Shown: positions 47,970-58,657, numbered from the stretch's first letter. The stretch: 64,000 bases of DNA from Candidatus Latescibacterota bacterium (GCA_965205975.1 OZ242195.1:864001-928000), one strand, 5' to 3'. The notes: generated by a model from the letters alone, not told the origin. Translations and numbers: made by a program.

Positions 47970-48731
47970 ATGAAGTTGGGTATTGTCACGTATCAGATCG
48001 CTGCGGACTGGGATGTTGCCACGATTATCGAAACCTGTGCCGAACTCGGTTATGGCGGTGCCGAGTTGCGTACCACGCATGCTCACGGCGTTGAATCAGA
48101 TCTTTCGGCAGGACAAAGGGAAGATATCCGCAAACAATTCGAAGATGGTGGGGTCGAAATCGCGGGTTTAGGCTCGGCGTTTGAATATCATTCGGATGAT
48201 CTCGGCGTTGTGCGCGAAAATATCGATGGGACAATTGAATACGCCAAACTCGCCGCTGATCTGGGCTGCCCAGGCGTTAAGGTGCGGCCCAATGGCCTGC
48301 AAACCGAGAAGGGCATTTCGGTGGATCAAACGCTCGAACAAATTGGCAAATCCGTGCGTGAATGCGCGATTGCCGCTGATGATCTGGGGGTGCAAATCCG
48401 GGTGGAAGTACACGGGCGAGAAACGCAAAAACCTGCGTATATGCGCACGATTATGGATTGGGCAGATCACGACAATGCAAAGATATGCTGGAATTCGAAT
48501 TTGGGCGAGGTTGAAGATGGCTCTATCAAAGCCAATTTTGAACTGCTCAAACACAAGATCGGTCTGGTACACATCACAGAATTGTGCAATCCGGACTATC
48601 CCTGGCGCGAACTCTTTTCTCTTCTCAATGCCGAAGGCTATGCGGGATATACGCTGGCTGAAATCCCCGGTAGCTCAGATGCCGAGCGTCTGCTTCGATA
48701 TTACAAGGCACTGTGGGAAGCGTATCAGTAG
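47970..48731 (+). CDS. Sugar phosphate isomerase/epimerase (xylose isomerase-like TIM barrel)
   Basis: GYGGAELR, RVEVHG, LVHI, GYAGY.LAE. Confidence 0.87.
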   Translation: MKLGIVTYQIAADWDVATIIETCAELGYGGAELRTTHAHGVESDLSAGQREDIRKQFEDGGVEIAGLGSAFEYHSDDLGVVRENIDGTIEYAKLAADLGCPGVKVRPNGLQTEKGISVDQTLEQIGKSVRECAIAADDLGVQIRVEVHGRETQKPAYMRTIMDWADHDNAKICWNSNLGEVEDGSIKANFELLKHKIGLVHITELCNPDYPWRELFSLLNAEGYAGYTLAEIPGSSDAERLLRYYKALWEAYQ

Positions 48732-48750
48732 ATAGGCTCCGTCCCTTCTG

Positions 48751-49434
48751 ATGAGCGTACAAAAAGAAATTTACGCCCTCAAACGCGAACTCGCCGCGCG
48801 CTATCAACTCGGCGAAGAACACCACAATATTTGTGGGCGCAAAATAGGTGTGACGTGTGTTGAAGATGCCGAAGCACTCTTTGACAAAATGCAAATGGCC
48901 GATCCCAATAGCATCGAGATTCAGGATGAACGTCTGCCTTATTGGGCAACGCTTTGGGATTCTGCGCTTGTTTTGTCCGATGTTCTGCTCGCGGATAATC
49001 TGATTGTGCCAGGCGAATCTGTGCTTGAACTCGGCTGTGGATTGGGCCTTGTCTCATCTATTGCCTGTCTCAAACGCGCGCGTGTCACTGCCACGGATTA
49101 CCAGCCCGACGCACTCAAGTTTGCGCAACTCAACGGGTTGCAAATTGCGGGCATTGTTCCACAGACGATGCTCATCGACTGGCGCACCCCGCCGCAAGAT
49201 CAGCACTATACCACCTTGTTGGGCGCAGACCTCGTGTACGAATTGCGCTTTTTCGATCCTCTCATAGCCACATTTAACGCCCTTCTTGCACCGGGAGGGC
49301 GCATTTTATTTTCTGAACCCAATCGCGTTTTAGGTAGATCTTTTTTTGACCGTCTCCAGGATGCGGGCTGGGCGTTTTCCACTATAACCGAGCGGGAAGG
49401 GGCGACAGTGTATGAGATCGTGAGATGTGATTAA
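48751..49434 (+). CDS. Class I SAM methyltransferase (family 16-like)
   Basis: PYWATLW, VLELGCGLG, ATDY, GADLVYE. Confidence 0.9.
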   Translation: MSVQKEIYALKRELAARYQLGEEHHNICGRKIGVTCVEDAEALFDKMQMADPNSIEIQDERLPYWATLWDSALVLSDVLLADNLIVPGESVLELGCGLGLVSSIACLKRARVTATDYQPDALKFAQLNGLQIAGIVPQTMLIDWRTPPQDQHYTTLLGADLVYELRFFDPLIATFNALLAPGGRILFSEPNRVLGRSFFDRLQDAGWAFSTITEREGATVYEIVRCD

Positions 49435-50321
49435 AACACATCCAGTGCCGCTACTTCGATTTCTTTTCGCAATGCTTTCTCTTCTTCCTCGTCGAGCGGA
49501 CGTGTTGGCTTGATGGGATCGCCGCACTCGATTCCCTGCCAGCGCAATACGGCGCGTACGCTGCCGTGCCCACCGTATTTTTGACAAATTCGAATTAGTT
49601 CATTCACGCCTGCTTGCAATGTGCGTGCCGTGTCCAAATCGCGCTTGTTCACCGCTTCGTAAATGCCCACAAAATGCGCGGGCATCACATTGTAAAATGT
49701 GCCAATACCCCCCTGAGCACCTACCGCAATGCCCGATAGGGCCACTTCGTCATGTCCGTTAAAAATATGCGGTTTATGCGGTCCATTGAGTATGCGTTCC
49801 ATTAAGAACAAGTTGAAATTTGTGAATTTGATGCCCACCACGCCTTTGAGTGCGAGCATCTGGTCGATTTGTTCAAACGAATACTCCTGATGCGTGACCA
49901 CGGGGATGTAATACACAAAGACCGGCAAGCTTGCCGCCGAACTCAGCGCACTGTAATACGCCAATATGTCGTCAAAACGATATCCCTGTACATAAGGGGG
50001 CAAACTCGAAATGCCATCGGCTCCTGCATTTGCTGCGTGTTTGGCGAGTTCAACCGCATCGCGCTCAGAGGGGGCACCAACGTGTACTACGACTCGGCCA
50101 TGTCCTTTTGATGCTTTGACGGCAATCTCTGTGGCCAACTTGCGCTCGGCCATTGTCATCAAATAGCCTTCGCCCGTATTGCCCGCTACATACACGCCGT
50201 GTGATCCCTGTTCGTAAATACGCGCCATGAGTTTTTCGTACGCCGAGACGCTAAATGCACCCGCCCCATCTCTGGGGCTGACCAGTGCGGGATACATGCC
50301 CTTAAAACCGTCGAGTATCAC
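49431..50321 (-). CDS. DHDPS/N-acetylneuraminate lyase family aldolase
   Basis: GNTGEG, YYIP, GIKFT (Schiff-base Lys), GGIGTFYN. Confidence 0.9.
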   Translation of the reverse strand: MILDGFKGMYPALVSPRDGAGAFSVSAYEKLMARIYEQGSHGVYVAGNTGEGYLMTMAERKLATEIAVKASKGHGRVVVHVGAPSERDAVELAKHAANAGADGISSLPPYVQGYRFDDILAYYSALSSAASLPVFVYYIPVVTHQEYSFEQIDQMLALKGVVGIKFTNFNLFLMERILNGPHKPHIFNGHDEVALSGIAVGAQGGIGTFYNVMPAHFVGIYEAVNKRDLDTARTLQAGVNELIRICQKYGGHGSVRAVLRWQGIECGDPIKPTRPLDEEEEKALRKEIEVAALDVF

Positions 50322-51325
50322 AGGGCACCTCCGGTCTTTTCGTAAAGGGCGCGGGATAGTGATTCGATTTGTGTGCGTTCAACCAGTGTCTCTACGAGAT
50401 GTTGCGGCAAACCCGCTGTTCCGTGATACAAACCGCTCAATGTGCCGGCAATGGCTGCAAATGTATCTACATCTCCACCCGTGAGTAGGGCGCGTTCAAC
50501 TGTGGGGATAAATTCGCCTTCTGCGCGCAAAAATGCCTCCAAAGCTACGACAATTGTGGCCTGGGCTTCGCTTGGAATGGCATTTTTTCGTGATGATTCG
50601 GGCATCTTTACCATGGCCGCCCACGCATCTTCCTCGTTCATTGTCAGCAATGTGCGTACCTGTGCGATTAGTTCGCCTGTGGATTCGCAAATCGGTCTGG
50701 CCGACCACTCGGCTACGTCCAGCACCTCATTCCCATCCAGCGGGCGATGTGTTACCAGATGTCCTACCACATGGGCCATTGCGACTGCAGGTGCAACTGC
50801 GCGTGGATCCTGGTGCGTCACATGGCTCGCCGCAATAGCATCTTCCTGGATATTTTCACCGGTTGCCCAGTGCCACAAGCCCACTGGCGCGATTTTCATG
50901 ACCGCTCCGTTGGAGGGGTGGTCCTTTGATGCGGCTTCGGACCACGCCAGACCCTGATCGAGGCGTTCCAGAGTCTCCTTAAAAGCCCTGCCATACATTT
51001 GCAGGAGTCCCTCGCGCCACATCGCCAAAAATCGGTTGCTCAGGTCTTCGGGATCGACCTTTTCACACGCTATAATTGACTCAACGAGGACGAGGGTTTG
51101 CTGGGTATCGTCTGTATATTCTCCAGCTGGCCGGGTCAACACGCCTTCCCGATTGACCCGACCGCGATAGTGGTCTGTCAATCCCTCTACTGCTCTGATC
51201 CGATCCCTGTCCCATCCCTCGCAAAAACAGCCCAGGGAATCGCCTATTGCGCCGCCCAGTAGCGCGCCTACAAACATATCTTCGACCTCGATGTCTTCTA
51301 TATCGTCGTCCCAATAATCAGCCAT
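50318..51325 (-). CDS. ADP-ribosylglycohydrolase family protein
   Basis: GGAIGDSLG, YTDDT, SNGAVM, GGDVDT. Confidence 0.92.
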   Translation of the reverse strand: MADYWDDDIEDIEVEDMFVGALLGGAIGDSLGCFCEGWDRDRIRAVEGLTDHYRGRVNREGVLTRPAGEYTDDTQQTLVLVESIIACEKVDPEDLSNRFLAMWREGLLQMYGRAFKETLERLDQGLAWSEAASKDHPSNGAVMKIAPVGLWHWATGENIQEDAIAASHVTHQDPRAVAPAVAMAHVVGHLVTHRPLDGNEVLDVAEWSARPICESTGELIAQVRTLLTMNEEDAWAAMVKMPESSRKNAIPSEAQATIVVALEAFLRAEGEFIPTVERALLTGGDVDTFAAIAGTLSGLYHGTAGLPQHLVETLVERTQIESLSRALYEKTGGAL

Positions 51326-51363
51326 AATTCAAACCTCAAGTTTAATCAGTGTAAAAAGAGCCT

Positions 51364-52362
51364 CTATCGCGTATCTACGATATTGCGAAATGCCCGAATG
51401 TGTTCGGGCGTTGTGCCGCAACATCCGCCTATCAAGAATCCACCGGCGTCCAACAAGTCTTCGACGTGTTGCGCCATGTCTTCTGGCCCTTGTGAATACG
51501 ACGCCTGTTTGGTGACTTTGTCCAGGGTGGGTAAGCCCGCATTGGGATAGGCCATCAATCGCTTGTTTTCAATGCCGCGATCCACAAGTGCTTGTAGCGT
51601 CTGTACTATGCCTTCAATTGCATAGGGCATGCCCGTATGATCTGTATTGCGCGTTTCTGCGCCGCAGTTTAGGCCCAGGAGTTGCACATCGTCGAGCAGA
51701 TTATCGCCGTTTGAAAATTCGCCACTTGCCAAAATGTCCAGTAGGTCGCTGGGTGAAACCCCCCAGTCCGTGCGGTAAATCAATTCACCCGTTTTGCGAT
51801 CCTGTGTGAATTTATACGTCATATTCACGGCGATGGGTAAGCCCGTCTGCCGCGCAATATCAACGGCGATTGCCGCTTCTTTGGCGGAAAACTGCGTTTC
51901 TATGACAAAAAAATCAACGCCGCCTTTGACCAGGGCAGAGATCACGCGCTCGTGGGCTGATCGCACATCTACATTTGGAATGCCAAAAACTGTATCGCCG
52001 GCATCGGCTTCGATAGCACCGGGGGAGGGACCGATAGAACCGCCTACATAAACATCCTTTCCGCTTTCTTCAACGGCTTGCCGCGCGTGTTGGACAGCTA
52101 ATTCTGTCAGGTGTTCGGCATCATCTTCATCGGCATCGGCCATTTCGAGATGTAATGGAGATACCACAAATGTGTTTGTGCCAATGGCATTTGCACCCGC
52201 ATCGATATACGCGCGATGCACTGTCACTACCTCGGTGGGATGCGATAGATTGGCGATGGAACTGTTTGCCAGATTCACCCCTTGTTCAAATAATTGAGAC
52301 CCAAATCCTCCGTCATACACCATAGGTTGGTCATCTGTGAGGCGTTCTGCAAAAGATTTCAT
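51364..52362 (-). CDS. Stand-alone homocysteine S-methyltransferase domain protein
   Basis: DGGFGS, GLNC, PNAGLP, GGCCGTTP (Zn ligands). Confidence 0.92.
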   Translation of the reverse strand: MKSFAERLTDDQPMVYDGGFGSQLFEQGVNLANSSIANLSHPTEVVTVHRAYIDAGANAIGTNTFVVSPLHLEMADADEDDAEHLTELAVQHARQAVEESGKDVYVGGSIGPSPGAIEADAGDTVFGIPNVDVRSAHERVISALVKGGVDFFVIETQFSAKEAAIAVDIARQTGLPIAVNMTYKFTQDRKTGELIYRTDWGVSPSDLLDILASGEFSNGDNLLDDVQLLGLNCGAETRNTDHTGMPYAIEGIVQTLQALVDRGIENKRLMAYPNAGLPTLDKVTKQASYSQGPEDMAQHVEDLLDAGGFLIGGCCGTTPEHIRAFRNIVDTR

Positions 52363-54287
52363 ACCGTCATCCTTTTAAACTGACACCCTTCGACAAATAC
52401 GTCAAAAAAGTCTGGCTTTGTCTCCAGTTCCACATGCTCAATTCGCTTTACCAGGCGTTCTAACTCGTCGCGTCGTTTCCGCGAGAGCAATACTTCTCTC
52501 GCGCCCAATATCGCGGCATTTCCCACCTTTTCAATGCGCTCTTGCGGCACGGGTGCGAGAAAACCGATATCAATCGCATTTTGCACATTTACGTAGTTGG
52601 CAAATCCGCCGGATAGGTAGAGCCGATGGATCTGATCGGGGGCAATGCCAAATTCGCGCATGACAAGTAACTGCCCACAATAATTTGCGGCTTTGGCCTG
52701 AGCCAGATTGCTCGCGTCTTCGCGCGACAGCGCAATGCCGTGTTCGGGCACCACTATCATTTCATATTGTTTGCGGTCGGCAAATACGCCCTTTTCCGTC
52801 ATCATATCATGCCGCCGGAGCGCGGCCAACAAATCGATTAGCCCAGAGCCGCACAACCCCTGGGGCGCGCCGCCGCCAATTACGCGATAATTAAACTGAC
52901 CATTTTCCCACACCATCGATTCAATCGCTCCATCTTGTCCTGGCATGCCACATGCGATACCACCGCCTTCAAATGCCGGTCCCGCCGGACAAGATGCTGC
53001 TACCAGCCGGTCTCGATTGCCCACGACGACTTCGGTATTGGTGCCCACATCGACGAGCATAAATATCTCGTCCTGATCACCCATTTCTACGGCGAGCATA
53101 TCCGCTGCGACATCGCCGCCAACATGGCTTGCAATAAGGGGCATGCCATATACCCGCGCTTTGGGATTTGCCCGAATGCCCAACCGCCTGCTGCTTTCAT
53201 AAAGGGCGGTTGTTTTTCGCTCTCCAGCCAGATATTCGTGTTCTATTTGAGATTTATAGGGCTTTTGTCCAATACTCTGCACATCGAGTCTGAAAAACAT
53301 ATCCCGCATGGTGGCATTGCCAGCGACGACAATTTCGTAAATTTCTTGCCGCTCAAAATCCAATTGTTCACATAGCACGAGAATTTCGTGGTTGATCGCA
53401 TTTACCAGTGCCTTCCACAGCACATTTGGATATTCGCCGTCATAGGAAATGCGATACATTATATCGCTGCCGCCAAAGCGCTGGGGATTTTCATAAGATG
53501 CATTAGCAATACTCTCGCCAGATTCCAGATCTACGAGGTCCATCACAATTGTCGTGGTGCCCACATCTATTGCCAGCCCATAGATGTGTCCCCGAAAGCG
53601 ATCGATGTCTTCTCCGTCGTAAAATATTCGGTCCCCTTTGCGCGTTACCACGGGATCGAGGTTGATTTCTTTTTGCCGGCTCAAGGTTAAAATTTGAGGC
53701 GCGCGGCGCAGGGGCACGAATTCGACTTCCGCATCTAAATCTACGACTTCAGCTTGACAGGCCAATCGGTAATTGTCTTTTAAGAAGGCTTCAGCTTCGG
53801 TTTTGGGGCACAGGGCGTCTTCGCCTTTTGTGATCTCTACGACGCATTCATGGCATATTCCCGACCGAAAACACGATGTTGGAACCCGAACAGATAGATC
53901 GTCGGCATAATCAAATATCGTCTTCCGCGCTTCGAGTTGTTGCACCTGGCCCATGTGTGTAATTGTGCCCGTTCCCTTTTTTCGGCGACGACTTTTTTGG
54001 GCTTTGAGCGCGGTCTTCATCTCACGATAGGCATCTGGCTCCGTTTCCCAGGCCGTGCGATAGTCGAGGTTATCGTTGCTGGCACATTGAAAAAGCGCCC
54101 GATTGGGCGCTGGTTTTCGCTGGAATTTACATCCAAATTTGGCCGTGCACTCGTTGTCCTTGTTTTTGTAGGGACAGCGCATTTGCGCCTGTTCGTCGGC
54201 ATGCTGGACAATATCTGAAAAAATTTCAGACATGCGATCCAGCCGCTTTTGATAGGCTTCTCGATCTATTTTTTTACGCTCACTCAT
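52359..54287 (-). CDS. ASKHA-family corrinoid activation protein (RACo-like) with 2Fe-2S domain
   Basis: CFRSGICHEC...RLAC, AIDVGTTT, DVGTNTE, CPAGPAFEG, GLCGSG. Confidence 0.92.
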   Translation of the reverse strand: MSERKKIDREAYQKRLDRMSEIFSDIVQHADEQAQMRCPYKNKDNECTAKFGCKFQRKPAPNRALFQCASNDNLDYRTAWETEPDAYREMKTALKAQKSRRRKKGTGTITHMGQVQQLEARKTIFDYADDLSVRVPTSCFRSGICHECVVEITKGEDALCPKTEAEAFLKDNYRLACQAEVVDLDAEVEFVPLRRAPQILTLSRQKEINLDPVVTRKGDRIFYDGEDIDRFRGHIYGLAIDVGTTTIVMDLVDLESGESIANASYENPQRFGGSDIMYRISYDGEYPNVLWKALVNAINHEILVLCEQLDFERQEIYEIVVAGNATMRDMFFRLDVQSIGQKPYKSQIEHEYLAGERKTTALYESSRRLGIRANPKARVYGMPLIASHVGGDVAADMLAVEMGDQDEIFMLVDVGTNTEVVVGNRDRLVAASCPAGPAFEGGGIACGMPGQDGAIESMVWENGQFNYRVIGGGAPQGLCGSGLIDLLAALRRHDMMTEKGVFADRKQYEMIVVPEHGIALSREDASNLAQAKAANYCGQLLVMREFGIAPDQIHRLYLSGGFANYVNVQNAIDIGFLAPVPQERIEKVGNAAILGAREVLLSRKRRDELERLVKRIEHVELETKPDFFDVFVEGCQFKRMTV

Positions 54288-55041
54288 TCTCCTCCTCCCA
54301 CTCCTTCAACAATTGTACAGCCAGTTCCACGCAGTCCAGGGCGTTTTCACCGTATCCATCCGCACCCATGTCGTCGGCAAATTCCTGTGTCACAGGGGCA
54401 CCGCCCACCATGATTTTTACATCGTCTCGCAGATCTTCGTCGATAAATGCCTCAATTGTCTTGCCCATATTCGGCATTGTCGTGGTCAACAGTGCGGACA
54501 TGCCGAGCAAATTGGCTTCGTGTTCTTCCACGGCATCCATAAATTCGTCTTCGGATGTATCCACGCCGAGATCGTGGACGACAAACCCGGCGCCGCGCAA
54601 CATCATGATACACAAATTTTTGCCAATATCGTGCAAATCGCCTTTCACCGTGCCCATAATGACAGTACCTACCGGCTCGACGCCCGAGGCTGACAAGATG
54701 GGTTCAATATGCGCCATTCCCGCTTTCATCGCGCGGGCGCAGGCGAGGACTTCGGGTACAAAAATAAAATTTTCTCTAAACTTAATCCCCACAATGCCCA
54801 TGCCAGCGATCAATCCATCGTCCATAATTTCCAGCGCACCCACGCCTGCGTTCAGGGCTTCGCGCGTCAATTGATCGACATCGTGATGCGCGCCATCAAT
54901 CAATGATGCGGCAATTTCCTGCATCTCGGGACTCGCATTTGAGAACAGATCGATATTGCGTTGGATCTCATCGGGGCGTTCTAAGAATTCCTCTATTTCC
55001 TCTTTGATAAATTCATTTTGAATATCGGATAATTCAGCCAT
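54280..55041 (-). CDS. Corrinoid (B12-binding) methyltransferase protein
   Basis: GTVKGDLHDIGKN, MSALLTTT, MVGGAP. Confidence 0.95.
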   Translation of the reverse strand: MAELSDIQNEFIKEEIEEFLERPDEIQRNIDLFSNASPEMQEIAASLIDGAHHDVDQLTREALNAGVGALEIMDDGLIAGMGIVGIKFRENFIFVPEVLACARAMKAGMAHIEPILSASGVEPVGTVIMGTVKGDLHDIGKNLCIMMLRGAGFVVHDLGVDTSEDEFMDAVEEHEANLLGMSALLTTTMPNMGKTIEAFIDEDLRDDVKIMVGGAPVTQEFADDMGADGYGENALDCVELAVQLLKEWEEENE

Positions 55042-56086
55042 GAACTCTCTTTTCCTCCGCATGCCAATCCACGATCGCTTTGGGGATTTCTTTCAAATTT
55101 TCGATTGATGTCTGCAATGGAATGGCACATTCAGGCCCGATTAGATTCACACCGGCGTCCAGGTTTTTGTACACTTCTTCTTTTACGGTTTCCGGCTCTT
55201 TTGAAAATAGCGTTTCCGGGTTGTTGATGTTGCCGACCAGCGCGATTCGCTCTTTCACAATATCGATTGACTCATCCGGGTCGTTTTTGGAGTCGTAGTG
55301 GAATGCTGCCATGCCCGTTTGCGCGATGTATTCCATCCGATCAACGGTGCGCCCACATATATGTAAAATCAGTGGAATGGGTATGCGGTCGGCAAATTCA
55401 ATGTGCAATTCGCGCAAATACCGGTCGTAATAATCGCCACTGACCAGATCACCTGTTGCGTGGTCGGGCAGGGTCAAGGCATCGGCGCCTGCTTCAATTT
55501 GCGCCACGCCAAATGCGACGGTTACTTCTTTTAATTTGTCCAGAATTTGCCGCGTGTGATCCGGGTCGTCCAATGATAGGAGCAAAAAATCCTCTACACC
55601 AAAACAGTGATACGCCAGAGACCAGGGTCCCATTGTTTTGCCAATAATCGCCACTTCGTCGCCGTATTCTTTTCGCAATATGCCAATCGCGTCCAGTACG
55701 CATTTTGTATCGGGATGGGTCAATAAGTTAGACGGAATTTCAATATCATCTACCTTGTGCCAGATCGGTTCTTTCATTTTTACTGTGGGCCAGTTGTCTT
55801 TTTGCTCCCACTGGATTTTGCATCCCAGTGCCGACGATTCTTGAATAATCGTAAATACGGGCATAATTGTGTCAAAGCCCAGTTCGGTATAACTCGTTGC
55901 GGCCAGCCGTGCCATGAGTTCTGGCTCGCGATTCGCCTGCGGAAATGGCGCATCGACGAGATCCATCAATTCCACGGTTGCAACCGAAGTCGGATTACAG
56001 GTTGGTGTGCGATCCACAGGTGCCCGATTGAGTGCGGCCAATACGCGGTCGCGCGGTTTCATGGGTTTTGTTGTCTGGTCGTGCAT
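55034..56086 (-). CDS. MtaA/CmuA (URO-D family) methyltransferase
   Basis: LHICG, GNIN, GPECAIP. Confidence 0.88.
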   Translation of the reverse strand: MHDQTTKPMKPRDRVLAALNRAPVDRTPTCNPTSVATVELMDLVDAPFPQANREPELMARLAATSYTELGFDTIMPVFTIIQESSALGCKIQWEQKDNWPTVKMKEPIWHKVDDIEIPSNLLTHPDTKCVLDAIGILRKEYGDEVAIIGKTMGPWSLAYHCFGVEDFLLLSLDDPDHTRQILDKLKEVTVAFGVAQIEAGADALTLPDHATGDLVSGDYYDRYLRELHIEFADRIPIPLILHICGRTVDRMEYIAQTGMAAFHYDSKNDPDESIDIVKERIALVGNINNPETLFSKEPETVKEEVYKNLDAGVNLIGPECAIPLQTSIENLKEIPKAIVDWHAEEKRVHG

Positions 56087-56101
56087 ACGTGACTCCTGTT
56101 C

Positions 56102-56731
56102 CTAATTTTGCGCGCTCGGGGCTGCGAGCACGCCCCGGCTGGCGGCCTGTTCCAATTCTCGCATGACGGATCGCACATTGGGGGCGCGTACGAGGAGAAC
56201 ACCTATGAGGGGATCGTGTGTCATGCCGCAATCAAAGCGCACCTGGTCTTCTCCCACTTGTTCCAATTCGCCCAGCTTCGCAAGCCCTCCGGCTACCAAT
56301 CGAATGCGCCGGTCTGCGCCTTTTTCATCTCTGTCAGCCGTGATTTTGTACGCACCATTAGATTGGGGCGTTGCGGAAATGTGCAATCCCGATTTTTTGT
56401 CCAGGATGGTCAACGGACGCATAGATACGTCGTCATCCATGCCGAGTTTGCACGCTTCCAGGAATAGCCGCTTCACAGAGAGCAGGTGTGTAGCGCCACA
56501 CGGAAAGCGCAGCAGTCCCTCACCTGTGTCTTCCATTCCTCCCAGGACTCGCATCGCATGGTTTACGGAGTCAATACGCGCTTGTGCTCCGTCTATCTGG
56601 CTGTATGTGTGAACGCGAAAAGTCGTGCCCTGTGCGTTTTCTTGCTGGTATAGCCCTATTGTGATGTCTTGAAAATGGACATCCATTGGCATCAATTCTA
56701 TTCGCCGACCGATATCTAATATCTGTCCCAT
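56102..56731 (-). CDS. Conserved hypothetical protein in the corrinoid cluster
   Basis: 209-aa ORF in operon spacing, GGAAGGA RBS. Confidence 0.75.
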   Translation of the reverse strand: MGQILDIGRRIELMPMDVHFQDITIGLYQQENAQGTTFRVHTYSQIDGAQARIDSVNHAMRVLGGMEDTGEGLLRFPCGATHLLSVKRLFLEACKLGMDDDVSMRPLTILDKKSGLHISATPQSNGAYKITADRDEKGADRRIRLVAGGLAKLGELEQVGEDQVRFDCGMTHDPLIGVLLVRAPNVRSVMRELEQAASRGVLAAPSAQN

Positions 56732-56745
56732 GAGAATCCTTCCTC

Positions 56746-57627
56746 TTACCTTTTAAGCACATATCGACGCACGGCTTTGGCAAAGCCATCGTTTTCAATA
56801 TGGTCGGTTTGTAGAATATTTTCCCCGGCCACTGCGCGATGGGTTGCCGCATCTGCATTGTGCATCAATACACCGGTTCCGGCTGCGCGCAACATGGGGA
56901 GATCATTATTGCCATCGCCCACCGCCATCACTTCATCGAGGCTGCTGCCAATATGGTTGGCAATCGCTGTGAGTGCCACGCCTTTGTTCACATCCGGGTG
57001 CATGATTTCAATGCGACCCGCCACGGCCCATGCCATGTAAATTTGATCGCCGAATAGGTCTTTTAATTCTTCAACAGTCTCATCGGCATGCCCGGGTTTG
57101 GGCAAGAGCATTATTTTGGGGGGCGCGGCCAATTCTTTTGCGCGTATTCGCTGCGCGAGATCGGCATCGACTTCATAGACCATATTGGTCATTGTGGCTA
57201 CCGCGCGGCTCATTTTTGTCAGGCGGTCGGTGATATAAACTTCGCAGGGGCCTTCGCTATTCATGTCGCAACGACAATATACAAAATTCATGAGCCGGTC
57301 ATCGGCATATTGGATCAGTGATAAGAATATATCATTGGGCAGTCGCTGCTCGTGCATGAGTTGGCGTGTGCCATTCGTTTTGGGAGCAAAAACCATTGCG
57401 CCATTATAACATCCGGCATAGAGCGCGTCGGCCACGCTGGGATTGCGTACAAACGGAATTTGATTGCGTTCGAAATTGCGTCCACTCATAGACGCTACAG
57501 CTACGCCGCGATCCAACAATTCGCGAATCGCCGCCATCGAAGCATCCGATGGGGTGTTGTTGTGATTTAAGATCGTTCCATCCAGATCAAATGCCACAAG
57601 TCTGATCACTGCATCTCCTCTAATCAA
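56746..57627 (-). CDS. Cof-type HAD-IIB hydrolase
   Basis: FDLDGT, NKG, GDGNND. Confidence 0.92.
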   Translation of the reverse strand: MIRGDAVIRLVAFDLDGTILNHNNTPSDASMAAIRELLDRGVAVASMSGRNFERNQIPFVRNPSVADALYAGCYNGAMVFAPKTNGTRQLMHEQRLPNDIFLSLIQYADDRLMNFVYCRCDMNSEGPCEVYITDRLTKMSRAVATMTNMVYEVDADLAQRIRAKELAAPPKIMLLPKPGHADETVEELKDLFGDQIYMAWAVAGRIEIMHPDVNKGVALTAIANHIGSSLDEVMAVGDGNNDLPMLRAAGTGVLMHNADAATHRAVAGENILQTDHIENDGFAKAVRRYVLKR

Positions 57628-58657
57628 CCAGAGGCAACCGAACGGTTCCGCCTCGCTCTGCCGAGCGGTGAACTGCCTCGGTAAATTCCATATATTTCAT
57701 GCCTTCGTAAAAGCTGGTGTCGCCCTGAGGCCCACCTTTGATGGCATTGATAAAATCGGCTTCCACTGTCCATTCGGCGGCTTCATCTTCGGGGATGGGT
57801 ATTTGTTGCGGTCGTCGATCACCCGTTTTTGCACCGCGGATTTGCGTTCCCATGTCGTAGATCAATGTGCCTTCGCTGCCATAAGCTTCAACGACGGAGC
57901 TCCCGCCGAATTGCGCGACGCCCGAAAACAGAAATGCCGCACGCGCACCATTTTCCATTTTGCCTATGATATGTGCCATATCAGGTGTTTCAACCGGTCC
58001 AGTGCCAGACCCATCGAGTAGAGGTCGCTCTCTGGTAAAAATTTCAGTTTCTGCCGTTATGTTTGACATATAGCCAAATACGCGTGCCACGCGCTCGACG
58101 GTAATGCCCATTCCCAGGATATTCAGACCGGAATACCGGCGCATTTGTCGCCAGTGCAATGGCTCTTCGATATCCCAATAACGCCCGCCCAGATCGCGGA
58201 CATATACGTGGAAGATATCGCCCAAATACCCTTCATCTATGAGCCGCCGCAAGACACGCCCGCCTTTCCAGGGCGGTGCTGGACAAATTTGGGTCACGAG
58301 ATTTGTTTCTCGACTTCTGGCATACATCAATCGGGCTTCTCGCAAGTTCATCGCCATGCGCGCCTGTACAAAGGTGTGTTTGCCAGCGTCTAAGGACGCG
58401 AGGACAAATTCACAGTGTTTGTACGGCCAGGTGCCGATCATTACCGCGTCAATGTCGTCCCGGTGCAACAGGGCCTGTGGGTCGGTCAGGGCTTCGGCTG
58501 ATAAGCCTTGCTCGGCTATGACCTTTTCACCGCTTTCTATGCTGCGGTTGCATATTGCCACGACTTCGGCATCGTCAATTTTTGCCAGTCCCGGAAAATG
58601 TCGGTTCCGAAAAATACCACCCGCACCAATAATGCCAATGCGAATTTTATCTGCCAT
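57620..58657 (-). CDS. Gfo/Idh/MocA family oxidoreductase
   Basis: GIIGAGGI, DIDAV.IGT.P..H, AGKH. Confidence 0.92.
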   Translation of the reverse strand: MADKIRIGIIGAGGIFRNRHFPGLAKIDDAEVVAICNRSIESGEKVIAEQGLSAEALTDPQALLHRDDIDAVMIGTWPYKHCEFVLASLDAGKHTFVQARMAMNLREARLMYARSRETNLVTQICPAPPWKGGRVLRRLIDEGYLGDIFHVYVRDLGGRYWDIEEPLHWRQMRRYSGLNILGMGITVERVARVFGYMSNITAETEIFTRERPLLDGSGTGPVETPDMAHIIGKMENGARAAFLFSGVAQFGGSSVVEAYGSEGTLIYDMGTQIRGAKTGDRRPQQIPIPEDEAAEWTVEADFINAIKGGPQGDTSFYEGMKYMEFTEAVHRSAERGGTVRLPLVD

